Source of the DNA: Actinomycetes bacterium
GTDB lineage: Bacteria > Actinomycetota > Thermoleophilia > BMS3ABIN01
Assembly (NCBI GenBank): GCA_021787475.1
Contig: JAJYLW010000009.1
Location: 7,722 to 71,721 of the forward strand
Length of the DNA: 64,000 nucleotides
Direction of reading: 5' to 3'
Below, piece by piece: positions 50,284 to 61,879 of this stretch. The notes beneath the pieces were generated by a model. It made no database searches, had not been told where the DNA came from, and saw only the letters and a list, made by a program, of their open reading frames with translations. Positions within the stretch are counted from its first letter, which is position 1. Each line of letters begins with the position of its first letter. The position numbers and the translations under genes were made by a program.

Positions 50284-52515
50284 TCAGCTTCCGGCGGGCG
50301 CGTCGTTTCCGGCAACAATCGCCTCCAGCGAAGCCTCCCACGCTCGCTTTATCTGCGCCAGGGGGACGTCAACCAAAGCGGCGCCGCCGGCGTTGATTGA
50401 AAGCCGGCCGCCGCCGGTCCGGCCGATTTGTTTCAGCGGCAGGCCGTCTGCCAGCTCAAGCAGCGGCTCCAGGCTGGCCGCCGCCGTTGTTATCACAATC
50501 AGCCCCGGCGCCTCCCCGAACAGGAGGATGTCTGGCCGCCGGCTGCTGTCCAGCTCGATGGCGGCGCCGATGCCGCCCGCGATTGCCGATTCGGCGAGGC
50601 AACAGGCCAGGCCGCCGTCGCTGACGTCATGGGCGCTTTTTGCCAGTCCCTTGATGATAGCTTCTCTGACCAGCGATTGCACCTTTTTTTCCAACTCAAG
50701 GTCAACGTCGGGGATCCGCCCCGCCACTTCGCCGTGAATGCGGAGTTGGTACTCGGAACCGTCCACCGCCGGCCGGGCGCCACCGAGCAGCAGGACGGCG
50801 TCGCCCTCGTCCTTGAAGGCGTGGGTCTGGATCCGGCTGACATCTTCCACCAGGCCCATCATGCCGATGACCGGGTTGGGATAGATCGCCTTGCCGAAGC
50901 TCTCGTTGTAAAAGCTGACATTTCCGCCGGTGACCGGCGTCCCCAGCGCCTGGCAGGCTTCCCTCATGCCGGCGACGGCCTCCTTGAATTGATGGTAGAT
51001 GCCGCCCTTTTCCGGATTGCCAAAATTGAGGCAGTTGGTGATCGCCAGCGGCCGCGCCCCGACACAGGCGAGGTTGCGCGCCGCTTCAGCGACAACGGCG
51101 CGGGCGCCCCGGCGCGGATCAAGGTAGCAACGGCGGCCGTTGCCGTCGGTGGTAAACGCCACGCCGCGCTTTTGGCCCTTAATGCGCAGCACCGCCGCCT
51201 CGCCGCCCGGCCAGAGGGCGTTGTTGGTCTGCACCATATGGTCGTACTGCTGCCAGACCCAGCGGCGGGAGCAAATATTGGGCGACGCCAGCAGCGTCAG
51301 CAACGTCTGGTTCAGATCGGCCGGCTGCGGGTAGCGATCCTCACCCAGGGGCTCGTCCACCTCATGGGAGGGCCGCAGCGGCTCGACTACGTAAGTCGGC
51401 GCTTCATCAACGAGGGCCGCCACCGGCATGTCGCCGATGAGCTCGCCGGCGTTAAAGATGCGCAGGCGGCCGCTTGCCGTCGCCTGCCCGACGACAGTGG
51501 CGTCCAGGTCCCACCTGGCGCAGACTTCATTGACCGAATCTTCGTTATGTGGTTCAACGCAGGCGAGCATCCGCTCCTGCGACTCGGAGATCATGATCTC
51601 GAAAGGCTCCATGCCTTTCTCCCGCAGCGGCACCCGCGAGATATCAAGGTCGATGCCGGCGCCGCCTTTGCTGGCCATCTCGCTGGCGGAGCTGGAAAGG
51701 CCGCCGGCGCCCAGATCCTGGAGCCCGACCAGCAGACCCCGGTCCCGCATCTCGAGGCACGCCTCCAGCAATTTCTTTTCCGTGAAGGGATCGCCCACCT
51801 GCACGGTGGGGCGCTTCTCCTCGGCCGTCTCGTCAAACTCGGCCGAAGCGAGCACGCTGGCGCCGCCAATGCCGTCGCGGCCAGTGGCTGAGCCAATCAA
51901 AAAAATCAGGTTGCCCTCGCCGCTGGCCGAGGCTTTGAGGATGCCACCGTGCCGGACGAGGCCGACGCACATGACGTTGACAAGGCAGTTGTCCTCGTAG
52001 GAGTCCTCAAAGTGGATTTCGCCGCCGATGGTGGGGATGCCCATGCAGTTGCCGTAGGCGGCGACGCCGGCTACCACTCCCTCGAGCAGGAACCGCTGGC
52101 GCGCCTTGGCCAGTGAGCCGAAATGGAGCGGGTCGAGGCAGGCGATCGGCCGCGCCCCCACGGCGAAAATGTCACGGACGATGCCGCCGATGCCGGTGGC
52201 CGCCCCCTGGAACGGCTCAATTGCGGAAGGATGGTTGTGGCTCTCGATCTTCATGGCTATGGCAAAGTCGTCGCCGATGTCAATGATGCCGGCGTTCTCG
52301 CCCGGCCCCTGGAGGATGCAGTCGCCGCCAACGGGAAGGCCCTTGAGAAGCGGCCGCGAGTGCTTGTAACCGCAGTGCTCGCTCCACATCAGCGAGAAGA
52401 TAGCGAGCTCGACATAGCTGGGCTCACGGCCGAGGCGCGAGCAGATATCATCATATTCTGAGGCCCTCAGGCCCAGCAGCTCGTAGGCGGGTTTGGAACC
52501 GGCTTTATTGGTCAT
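50284..52515 (-). CDS. purL: phosphoribosylformylglycinamidine synthase II (large subunit)
   Basis: 743 aa with duplicated AIRS-like domains typical of small-type PurL. Confidence 0.95.
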   Translation of the reverse strand: MTNKAGSKPAYELLGLRASEYDDICSRLGREPSYVELAIFSLMWSEHCGYKHSRPLLKGLPVGGDCILQGPGENAGIIDIGDDFAIAMKIESHNHPSAIEPFQGAATGIGGIVRDIFAVGARPIACLDPLHFGSLAKARQRFLLEGVVAGVAAYGNCMGIPTIGGEIHFEDSYEDNCLVNVMCVGLVRHGGILKASASGEGNLIFLIGSATGRDGIGGASVLASAEFDETAEEKRPTVQVGDPFTEKKLLEACLEMRDRGLLVGLQDLGAGGLSSSASEMASKGGAGIDLDISRVPLREKGMEPFEIMISESQERMLACVEPHNEDSVNEVCARWDLDATVVGQATASGRLRIFNAGELIGDMPVAALVDEAPTYVVEPLRPSHEVDEPLGEDRYPQPADLNQTLLTLLASPNICSRRWVWQQYDHMVQTNNALWPGGEAAVLRIKGQKRGVAFTTDGNGRRCYLDPRRGARAVVAEAARNLACVGARPLAITNCLNFGNPEKGGIYHQFKEAVAGMREACQALGTPVTGGNVSFYNESFGKAIYPNPVIGMMGLVEDVSRIQTHAFKDEGDAVLLLGGARPAVDGSEYQLRIHGEVAGRIPDVDLELEKKVQSLVREAIIKGLAKSAHDVSDGGLACCLAESAIAGGIGAAIELDSSRRPDILLFGEAPGLIVITTAAASLEPLLELADGLPLKQIGRTGGGRLSINAGGAALVDVPLAQIKRAWEASLEAIVAGNDAPAGS

Positions 52516-52575
52516 AAGTTCCGGGTTCCGAGGTCCGGGTTCCAGGTTGCTGTGGGATAGTTACGCTTTTGGCTG

Positions 52576-53310
52576 TCATGTTCTCGCCTGCGTGATGCTG
52601 TTGATTATCGATGCAAAGACGCCGCGGCCGTCGGCGCCGCCGACAACCGGGTCGCAGACCCGCTCTGGATGGGGCATGAGGCCGAAAACGTTGCCCTCCC
52701 GGTTGCAGACGCCGGCGATATTCGCCAGCGATCCGTTCGGGTTGGCTTCCTTTGTGGCACTGCCAGATTCGTCACAATACCTGACAACGATCTGTTTATG
52801 CTGCTCCAGCGACGCCAGCCCCGGCGCGTCGATGAAATAATTTCCTTCCATGTGGGCGATCGGCACCCTGATAACTTGACCTTGATTATACTTGTTTGTA
52901 AAAGGCGTGGTTGCATTTTCCACCCGTAGGCTGACCAGCCGGCAGACAAACTTGAGCGCTTGATTGCGGTGTATGGCGCCTGGAAGCAGCCCCGACTCCA
53001 GCAGGATCTGGAAACCGTTGCAAATACCGATCACGAGGCCGCCGTCCGCCGCGAATCGCGTCACTGCCTCCATAATCGGAGAGAAACGGGCGATGGCGCC
53101 CGAGCGCAGGTAATCGCCGTAGGAAAAGCCGCCGGGAAGGATGACGCAGTCAAGCCCGTCCAGCCCGGTGTCCTTGTGCCAGAGGTAGCGGGCGGCGGCG
53201 GCGGCAAACGTGCCGACGGCGTCATGGCTGTCTGCGTCGCAGTTGGAGCCGGGGAAGATGACGACCCCAAAGCGGACGGTCCTAGTTTCAGTCTGTGGCA
53301 GGGTGGACAA
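52576..53310 (-). CDS. purQ: phosphoribosylformylglycinamidine synthase I (glutaminase)
   Basis: Class I GATase with catalytic Cys (GICNGFQIL) and His/Glu. Confidence 0.9.
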   Translation of the reverse strand: MSTLPQTETRTVRFGVVIFPGSNCDADSHDAVGTFAAAAARYLWHKDTGLDGLDCVILPGGFSYGDYLRSGAIARFSPIMEAVTRFAADGGLVIGICNGFQILLESGLLPGAIHRNQALKFVCRLVSLRVENATTPFTNKYNQGQVIRVPIAHMEGNYFIDAPGLASLEQHKQIVVRYCDESGSATKEANPNGSLANIAGVCNREGNVFGLMPHPERVCDPVVGGADGRGVFASIINSITQART

Positions 53311-53316
53311 TTCCGT

Positions 53317-53553
53317 CTAATCGGGCACGAGCTCGAACTTAAAATCCTCGATAATCGGGTTGGCGAGAAGCTTCTTGCACATCTTGTCCACTTCATCAGA
53401 GCCGTCACGGCCGGAAAGGTCAAGCTCGATGTACTTCCCCACGCGCACATTGGCGACGCCCCCGAAACCCAGCGCCGGCAGAGCGTGCTCGATGGCGGCG
53501 CCCTGGGGATCGAGGATTCCCTTTTTAGGTGTGATATATACCTTGGCCTTCAC
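53317..53553 (-). CDS. purS: phosphoribosylformylglycinamidine synthase PurS subunit
   Basis: VKAKVYITPKKGILDPQG... PurS signature. Likely GTG start at 53553, preceded by GGGAGG. The longer ORF to 53649 is an extension. Confidence 0.85.
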   Translation of the reverse strand: MKAKVYITPKKGILDPQGAAIEHALPALGFGGVANVRVGKYIELDLSGRDGSDEVDKMCKKLLANPIIEDFKFELVPD

Positions 53554-53654
53554 GCACTCCTCCCAAGTCCTGTCATCCTGAGCCAAAGGCGAATGATCTC
53601 GGGTTTCCGAGCCCGGGATTCTTCGCCGCAAATGCGGCGCGGATGACACGTTGT

Positions 53655-54356
53655 CTATTTTTCCACCCGCTTCAGCATCTCCGCGTAAGCTTCTTCGACG
53701 TCGCCCAGGTCGCGGCGGAAGCGGTCTTTGTCCAGCTTCTTTTTTGTGTTTGCATCCCAGAACCTGCAGGTGTCGGGGCTGATCTCGTCGCCAAGGACGA
53801 TATTGCCCGCGCTGTCTTTTCCAAACTCAAGCTTGAAGTCAACAAGCATCACCCCGCGCTCGGCAAAGAACCCTGTCAGGACGGAATTGACCTTGAGGGC
53901 CAGCCGCTTGATCTCGTCCAGCTCGCCGCCGCTTACCAGCCCCAGCTCCGCGATATGGGCGTCGGTGATAAGCGGGTCGCTGAGGGAGTCGTCCTTGAGG
54001 AAAAACTCCAGCAGCGGCGCCTTCAGGGGGGCGCCCTCCTCGAAGCCGAGCCGCTTGCAGATGGAGCCGGCGGCAAAATTGCGGACCACCACCTCCACCG
54101 GAAACATCTCAAGCTTCCGGCAAAGGAGGGTATCGTCGAAGATCTGGTCCAACAGCTGGGTGGCGATGCCGTTCTCCTCCAGCAGCCGGAAAAGGATGGC
54201 GGAGATCCGGGCGTTGCGGACGCCCTTGCGGACGATCTGGCCTTTCTTCTTGCCGTCAAAGGCGGTTGCGTCATCCTTGAATTGCTGCGCCACCTCATCC
54301 GGGTTCTCCGTCGCCCAGACGATCTTGGCTTTGCCTTCGTATAATTTTTGTGTCAT
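53655..54356 (-). CDS. purC: phosphoribosylaminoimidazole-succinocarboxamide synthase
   Basis: 233 aa with N-terminal MTQKLYEGKAKIVW and SAICAR synthetase motifs. Confidence 0.95.
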   Translation of the reverse strand: MTQKLYEGKAKIVWATENPDEVAQQFKDDATAFDGKKKGQIVRKGVRNARISAILFRLLEENGIATQLLDQIFDDTLLCRKLEMFPVEVVVRNFAAGSICKRLGFEEGAPLKAPLLEFFLKDDSLSDPLITDAHIAELGLVSGGELDEIKRLALKVNSVLTGFFAERGVMLVDFKLEFGKDSAGNIVLGDEISPDTCRFWDANTKKKLDKDRFRRDLGDVEEAYAEMLKRVEK

Positions 54357-54499
54357 TAATAAAACCCCGTTTATCGTTGAACGTTTAACGTTTCACGAAA
54401 ACAAAAAATGCGCCCTCCAGGAACCTACTTCGTACCTGTTTTGCAATGCCTCTTTGCCGGTTTTTTGCTCTGCACACTTTAAACGTTAGACGTGAAACG

Positions 54500-55801
54500 T
54501 CAAACGATAAGTTTTTCCAGCCGCTGGAATACAGCGTCGATGTTATTCAGGTAGCGGGAGGGGTCGAAGCAGCTTTCCAGCTCCGCTTCGGTGAGGGACG
54601 CCCTGACAGTTTCGTCTTTAAGCAGCAGGTCTTTGAAGCTGGTCTGGTCCTGCCAGGCCATCATGGCGGCGGCCTGGACGGCGCGGTAGGCCTCCTCGCG
54701 GGAGAGCCCCTTGTCAATTAATTTTAGCAGAACCGACTGGGAGAAGACCAACCCGTGGCTGACCCGGAGGTTGGCCAGCATCCGCTCGGGGTAGACCGCC
54801 AGGCCCTCCATCACTTCCGCCCATTTATGAAGCATGTAGTCAAGCAGAATCGTGCTGTCCGGCAGGATGACGCGCTCGGCTGAGGAATGGGAGATGTCGC
54901 GCTCGTGCCAGAGGGCGTTGTTCTCCAGCGCCGCCATGGCGTTGGCGCGGATGATACGGGCCTGCCCGCACATGCGCTCGCTGATGATCGGGTTGCGCTT
55001 GTGCGGCATCGCCGATGAGCCTTTCTGGCCCGGCCGGAACGGCTCCTCCGCCTCCCGCACCTCGGTGCGCTGCAGGTGGCGCACCTCGGTGGCCATTTTC
55101 TCGATGGTGCCGGCAATAACGGCCAGCGTGGCCATCAGCATGGCGTGCCGGTCCCGCTGGATCACCTGCGTCGAGGCCGGCGCCGGCGCCAGACCCAGTT
55201 TATGGCACACTTCTCCCTCAATGTCAGGAGGAATCATGGCGTAGGTCCCGACCGCCCCCGAAATCTGCCCGACCGCGACTTCCTCGCGGGCCCGCTCCAG
55301 GCGCTTGATTCCACGGGCCACCTCGAAGCACCAGACGGCCACCTTGAGGCCAAAGGTAACCGGCTCGGCGTGGATGCCGTGGCTGCGGCCAATCATCACC
55401 GTATTCCGGTGCTCAAAGGCGCGCTTCTTCAGCATCCCGAGCAAGTGGCGCAGGTCCAGCAGCAGGATGTCGCCGGCCTCCTTTAGCTGCAGCGCCAGGC
55501 CGGTGTCGAGCATGTCCGAAGACGTCATGCCGTAATGGATATAGCGGGAGGCATCGCCGACATGCTCGCCGACGTTGGTGAGGAAGGCAATCACATCATG
55601 CCGCGTTTCTTTTTCAATCTCACAAACGCGGGTGACGTCGAAGGCAGCCTTCTCCTTGATCTCGGCCAGCGCCCCGGCCGGGATCAGCCCCCGCTTGGCC
55701 CAGGCTTCGCAGACGGCGATCTCCACCTTGAGCCAGGTCGCCAGCCGGTGCTCGTCGGTCCAGACGGCCGCCATTCCAGGGCGTGAGTATTTGGCAATCA
55801 T
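54500..55801 (-). CDS. purB: adenylosuccinate lyase
   Basis: Fumarate-lyase signature [11 protein letters not shown]. Start [10 protein letters not shown]; the ORF extension to 55855 is unlikely to be translated. Confidence 0.93.
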   Translation of the reverse strand: MIAKYSRPGMAAVWTDEHRLATWLKVEIAVCEAWAKRGLIPAGALAEIKEKAAFDVTRVCEIEKETRHDVIAFLTNVGEHVGDASRYIHYGMTSSDMLDTGLALQLKEAGDILLLDLRHLLGMLKKRAFEHRNTVMIGRSHGIHAEPVTFGLKVAVWCFEVARGIKRLERAREEVAVGQISGAVGTYAMIPPDIEGEVCHKLGLAPAPASTQVIQRDRHAMLMATLAVIAGTIEKMATEVRHLQRTEVREAEEPFRPGQKGSSAMPHKRNPIISERMCGQARIIRANAMAALENNALWHERDISHSSAERVILPDSTILLDYMLHKWAEVMEGLAVYPERMLANLRVSHGLVFSQSVLLKLIDKGLSREEAYRAVQAAAMMAWQDQTSFKDLLLKDETVRASLTEAELESCFDPSRYLNNIDAVFQRLEKLIV

Positions 55802-56060
55802 TGCGGGCCTATTATTTAACGAACCTGGGCCGGCGTCCAGCCCGAAATCTGTCAAGCGATGATAAGTTTTTTTTATGAGAAATGAATGGCTATGTTCAGC
55901 CTGGCCGGGTTTGCCTGTTTCCGGTTTCGGTTTCCTGTTTCCGGTTCTGGCCTCTAGCTGGAAACGTGAAACAGAAAACTTAATGCAAAACGTGCATAAC
56001 GTTTCCGTGGATGAGGTATGGAAAAGACAAATGTCCGTTTACCAAGGAGGCGAACTTATA

Positions 56061-56543
56061 ATGGCTACCGAAAAGGCAAACTTTGGCGCCGGCTGCTTCT
56101 GGGGCGTGCAGGAGGCTTTTGATGCAGTCGACGGCGTCGTCAGGACAACTGCCGGCTATTCCGGCGGCATGATTGACAGCCCCTCTTACGAGGACGTCTC
56201 GACAGGACAGACCGGCCATGCCGAGACAGTGCTGGTGGAATACGATCCGGCGAAAATCTGTTACGAGGAACTGCTGGCGAAATTCTGGGAGATCCACGAC
56301 CCGACGACGAAGGACCGCCAGGGTCCCGACATCGGCAATCAGTACCGCTCCGTCATCTTTTACTTTACGCCTGAGCAAGAGCAGGCGGCGACAAAGTCGA
56401 TGAAAGAACTGGAGGAGTCCGGCAAATACCGGCAGGGGAAATACCTGCGTCCGATCGTGACCGAGATTCTGGCCGCCGGCCCGTTCTACCCGGCAGAAGA
56501 TTATCACCAGCATTATTTTGAGAAGCGCCGGGCGGCCAGCTGA
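56061..56543 (+). CDS. msrA: peptide methionine sulfoxide reductase MsrA
   Basis: GAGCFWG active site. Start MATEKANF has AGGAGG 10 nt upstream; the longer ORF from 55875 is an upstream extension. Confidence 0.9.
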   Translation: MATEKANFGAGCFWGVQEAFDAVDGVVRTTAGYSGGMIDSPSYEDVSTGQTGHAETVLVEYDPAKICYEELLAKFWEIHDPTTKDRQGPDIGNQYRSVIFYFTPEQEQAATKSMKELEESGKYRQGKYLRPIVTEILAAGPFYPAEDYHQHYFEKRRAAS

Positions 56544-56600
56544 GCCGGGGCCGGTTGAGCGGGGCTGGCCAAGCCGACAGCCGCCGCCTTGGCCGCCGGA

Positions 56601-57050
56601 CTAGACCGCCAAAATCTTTGCCGCCATGATGGCCGCGTTTTTAGCGCCGTTGATCGCCATGCAGGCGACGGGAACACCGGGCGGCATCTGGGCAACGGAA
56701 AGCAGCGAGTCCAGCCCCCCCAGTGCCTGGGTCTGGATGGGCACGCCAATTACCGGCAGGGTGGTGAAAGAGGCAATCACGCCCGGCAGCGCCGCCGCCA
56801 TGCCGGCGCCGGCGATGATTACCTTCAGGCCGCGGCCGGCGGCCGCTTCCGCGTAAGCCTCCAGCTGCTTAGGGTCGCGGTGGGCGCTGATAACGCTGAC
56901 TTCGTAAGGAATTTCCATCTTGTCAAGTTCATCGCAGGCGGGCTGCATCGCCTCGCGGTCGGACTCGCTGCCCATCACGATCCCCACCAGCGCCTCGCCC
57001 TCTCCGGCCGCGTCAAGCAGCGGCTCCAGCTCTTCCAGCGTTTCGGTCAT
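56601..57050 (-). CDS. purE: N5-carboxyaminoimidazole ribonucleotide mutase
   Basis: 149 aa with the GSESD and AGGAAHLPG-like motifs of PurE. Confidence 0.93.
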   Translation of the reverse strand: MTETLEELEPLLDAAGEGEALVGIVMGSESDREAMQPACDELDKMEIPYEVSVISAHRDPKQLEAYAEAAAGRGLKVIIAGAGMAAALPGVIASFTTLPVIGVPIQTQALGGLDSLLSVAQMPPGVPVACMAINGAKNAAIMAAKILAV

Positions 57051-58345
57051 GCGGGCCTCCCGGTAAGATTTCCCTCCGCCTCCGCCGGCTCTGCGGCAAT
57101 GTCATGACGGAACTGCATCCCGTCAAAATTTACCTTGGCCACGGCGTCATACGCCTTTTGACGCGCCGCTTTAAAAGTGTTGTCAAGAGCGCTGACGGCA
57201 AGCACGCGGCCGCCGGCGGTAAAAAACCTTCCATCGGCCTCGGCCGTGCCGGCGTGGCAAACCTCGACGCCGGGAAGGCCGCCGTCGAGGCCGAGGCCGC
57301 TGATCTCATCTCCTTTGCTGGATGACAGCGGATAACCTGCCGAAGCGATAATTACGGTGACGCAGCGCTCCCGGCGCCAGCGCAGCCGCTGCCGGGCCAG
57401 CGTTCCTTCGGCGCAGGCCAGCATCAGCTCGATCAGGTCATTTTCCAGCCGGGGCAGAATTGCCTGGGTTTCCGGGTCGCCAAAGCGGACGTTGAACTCC
57501 AGCACTTGGGGGCCGCTGTCGGTCAGCATCAGGCCTGCGTAAAGAACCCCCCGGAAATCAATGCCACGTTTCTGTAGTTCCGCAACGACGGGACGGTGCA
57601 CCGTTTCAATTATTTCCTCAGCGAGGGCCTCAGGCACACGCGGCACCGGGCTGTAGCAACCCATGCCGCCGGTGTTGGGGCCGCGGTCGCCGTCGTAAAT
57701 GCGCTTGTAATCCTGAGCCGGCTCCAGCGGCAGGATGTTTTCGCCGTCGCAGAGGGCCAGCACCGAACATTCATGCCCAATCAGGCACTCCTCCACCAGA
57801 ACTTCAAGGCCGGCCGCGCCGAAAGAGCGTTCCACAAAACAGCGCACAAGGGCGTCGCGCGCCTGCTCGGGCTGCTCCGCGATGATGACGCCCTTGCCTG
57901 CCGCCAGGCCATTGGCCTTGATGACAACAGGAAAGAGGCCGTCTTCGATGTGGGCGGCGGCGGCGGCGTACTCGCTGAAGCGGGAATAACCGGCGGTCGC
58001 CACCCCGGCGGCGTCCATGATTTCCTTGGCGAAGCCCTTGCTACCCTCTAGCATCGCCGCCTCGCGCCCGGGGCCAAACACCTTGAAGCCTTCCGCCCGA
58101 AGCGCGTCGGCAAGGCCGGCGCAGAGCGGCGCTTCCGGACCGATGACAACCAGGCCGGGGCTTGTCTTCCGGGCAAGCCCGGCAATTCCCCCGATGTCAG
58201 TATCGGTAACCGGATGACAAACCGCCTGCCGGGAAATGCCGGCGTTGCCGGGGGCGCAGTGGACCTCCGACACCAGGCCGCTGGCCGCAGCTTTTTTAAC
58301 GATGGCGTGCTCGCGCCCTCCCGAGCCGACAACAAGGACCCGCAA
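57047..58345 (-). CDS. purD: phosphoribosylamine-glycine ligase
   Basis: 432 aa with the ATP-grasp GARS N/A/C domains. Overlaps the purE start. Confidence 0.95.
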   Translation of the reverse strand: MRVLVVGSGGREHAIVKKAAASGLVSEVHCAPGNAGISRQAVCHPVTDTDIGGIAGLARKTSPGLVVIGPEAPLCAGLADALRAEGFKVFGPGREAAMLEGSKGFAKEIMDAAGVATAGYSRFSEYAAAAAHIEDGLFPVVIKANGLAAGKGVIIAEQPEQARDALVRCFVERSFGAAGLEVLVEECLIGHECSVLALCDGENILPLEPAQDYKRIYDGDRGPNTGGMGCYSPVPRVPEALAEEIIETVHRPVVAELQKRGIDFRGVLYAGLMLTDSGPQVLEFNVRFGDPETQAILPRLENDLIELMLACAEGTLARQRLRWRRERCVTVIIASAGYPLSSSKGDEISGLGLDGGLPGVEVCHAGTAEADGRFFTAGGRVLAVSALDNTFKAARQKAYDAVAKVNFDGMQFRHDIAAEPAEAEGNLTGRPA

Positions 58346-58571
58346 CTCTTCTCCTTAAGTGATGTTTTGACCGCCGCTATTTTATCTTTCCCCGGAACAA
58401 CGCTCAAGAAGCAGATGGTGATTAAGCGGATGCTGTATGCTGGATGGTGGCCAATCGAATAACGATAAAAAGCGGATGGTGGATGGTGGATAACCCAAAA
58501 CCCAACCCCCAGAAAAGAACAAATAATAGCGTATTTGGAAATTCCGGCTTGCTGACTATAATGACCTCATT

Positions 58572-59669
58572 ATGAAGCTGGGGATTATCGGACTGCCCAA
58601 CTGTGGCAAAACAACCATCTTTAATGCGCTCACTGGCCAGAGCGCGCCGGCGGCTCCCTTCCCCAACCCCTTGGGAACAGAGCGCCACGTCGGCGTCATC
58701 CGCGTGCCCGATGCGCGACTTGACCGGCTGGCGGAAATGTACAAGCCTCGCAAGACGACCTGGGCGGAGGTCACCTGCGTGGACATTACCGGCTTCTCGC
58801 GGGGAATCTCGGCCAGCAAGCAAAAGGCGGCGGTTTTTAACGATGTCCGGGATATGGACGCCGTCATTCACGTGGTGCGGGCATTTGCAGACCCGGCTAT
58901 CGCTCACCCGGATGGGGCCGTCGATCCTGCCGCCGACGCCGCCGCCCTGGAACTGGAGCTGGTCTTTAGCGACCTGGAGCTGGTGGAGACGCGGCTGGAG
59001 CGCATCGCCGCCTCGATAAAGAAAGGCGTTGGCGGGGACCTTGAAGCTGAAAAGGCGACGCTGGAAAAGTGCCGCGGCCAACTGGAGGAGGAAAAGCCGC
59101 TTCGCAACCTTGGGCTGAGCGAAGGCGAGCGCGCCGCCACAAGCTCGCTTCAGTTCACCTCGGCGAAGCCGGAACTGATTGTGCTTAACGTCGGCGAGGA
59201 CGACATCGCCAGCCCCGCCACGGCAGCGGCTCTGGCGAATCTGGAAGATTTCTACCGGGGCAAGGACGCCCAGGTCTTTTCCCTTTCCGGCAAGATCGAA
59301 ACAGAACTGTCACAGCTGGAGCCGGAGGAGGCAAAGCTTTTCCTCGACGATCTCGGAATCGCCGAGCCGGCGATGAACCGGGTCATCCGCGAGGCCTACG
59401 CGCTGCTGGGGCTGGTTTCATTTCTGACCGCCGGCGAAGATGAAGTAAAGGCATGGACGATTCAGAAGGGGACGCCGGCATTAAAAGCCGCCGGCAAGAT
59501 CCATTCCGACATCGAGCGGGGCTTCATCCGAGCGGAAGTTGTCAGTTACGAAGACCTGATGGCCGCCAGCTCATTGGCCAGGGCCCGCGACGCCGGCGCG
59601 GTGAGGCTGGAGGGAAAAGACTATATAGTCAAGGACGGGGATATCATCAACTTCAGGTTTAATGTGTGA
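58572..59669 (+). CDS. ychF: ribosome-binding ATPase YchF (Obg-like)
   Basis: GIIGLPNCGKTT P-loop, C-terminal TGS domain. Confidence 0.93.
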   Translation: MKLGIIGLPNCGKTTIFNALTGQSAPAAPFPNPLGTERHVGVIRVPDARLDRLAEMYKPRKTTWAEVTCVDITGFSRGISASKQKAAVFNDVRDMDAVIHVVRAFADPAIAHPDGAVDPAADAAALELELVFSDLELVETRLERIAASIKKGVGGDLEAEKATLEKCRGQLEEEKPLRNLGLSEGERAATSSLQFTSAKPELIVLNVGEDDIASPATAAALANLEDFYRGKDAQVFSLSGKIETELSQLEPEEAKLFLDDLGIAEPAMNRVIREAYALLGLVSFLTAGEDEVKAWTIQKGTPALKAAGKIHSDIERGFIRAEVVSYEDLMAASSLARARDAGAVRLEGKDYIVKDGDIINFRFNV

Positions 59670-59699
59670 AACCCCCGAGTTCCGGGTTCGTAATCCCTG

Positions 59700-59879
59700 T
59701 TAAATCTTCCCCGAACGGAAAAGTTGCTGCAAACGGCGGCTGCGCTCCGGGAGGAATTTGTTTACGAAGGCATTTGCTTCCTCGAGCCACTCCAGCTTCT
59801 GCCTGGCAGTCAGCCGGCTAAACCGGCGTATTTGCTCAATGGTGACGTAATAGTTGTAACCTTTTCCTGATTCAGTCAT
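59700..59879 (-). CDS. small protein (59 aa) coupled to the upstream nucleotidyltransferase pseudogene
   Basis: ATG overlaps the stop of the upstream gene (ATGACTGA). Sequence MTESGKGYNYYVTIEQIRRFSRLTARQKLEWLEEANAFVNKF... Falls below the 60-aa cutoff of the ORF track. Confidence 0.35.
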   Translation of the reverse strand: MTESGKGYNYYVTIEQIRRFSRLTARQKLEWLEEANAFVNKFLPERSRRLQQLFRSGKI

Positions 59880-60384
59880 CGCCTTGCCGCCCTCCGGCCT
59901 GCTCGACTTTCTTCAAGGCCCTGACGTCTGCCAGATCCTCCTGCCGGCCCAGCCCCGACTTGATCTCTATCAGATGCCTCACGGAGGCCACCTTTATTAT
60001 CAGGTCCTCAGACTGGAGCTCGGCCCGGTCGCCATACATTTCCTTAAAATCAATAACCGGATCGAGGACAAGGTCCACTTCCATATACGGAACTGTGGCC
60101 GCGCTGCTCTGAAATGTCAACGCCTTCAGGTTTTTCTCTTCGATTCATTTGGTCCACGCGCCGCCATCGGCCAGCTCCGTCGGAACAATCAGAGTCGAAG
60201 GTTTGAGCCCTGCGGACTTCATCGCCTCCAGGAAAGACTTTAAATTTTCAGGCGAAAAATCAATCACGATATCCATATCCCCGGTCATCCGGGGAACGCC
60301 GTGAAGAATAATTGCGACGCCGCCAACAACCAGGTAGCGCGTACCTTGAGTTTACAAAGCCCTCAAAACTTCTTCGTAAAACAT
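59872..60384 (-). pseudogene. nucleotidyltransferase-fold protein gene interrupted by two in-frame stop codons
   Basis: A single frame reads MFYEEVLRAL-TAA-TQGTRYLVVGGVAIILHGVPRMTGDMDIVIDFSPENLKSFLEAMKSAGLKP...WTK-TGA-IEEKNLKALTFQSSAATVPYMEVDLVLDPVIDF...GDD, with a TAA at 60352-60354 and a TGA at 60145-60147. Confidence 0.55.
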
Positions 60385-60423
60385 TCCGGATCCTCGATAA
60401 TCCGCTGGCCGTAAAAAACCGGG

Positions 60424-61725
<1,302 letters not shown>

Positions 61726-61879
61726 CTATTTTGCGATTTTCTTTTCAAACATTCCCAGACGACATGACCGCTGAAATAAAAAGGGCCGAATTCTTCCTTG
61801 TATTGGCTCATCACGATTTTTCAGATTATATCACCGGCGGCGAAAGAAGATTGCCGGCATGTCAAAAGCAGGGAAAGAT

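Noticed and set aside
59872-60384. In-frame TGA/TAA as evidence of an alternative genetic code
   Set aside because: Numerous housekeeping genes in the window terminate normally at TGA or TAA (purF, purM, clpB and others), so the stops here are more parsimoniously pseudogene lesions or errors.
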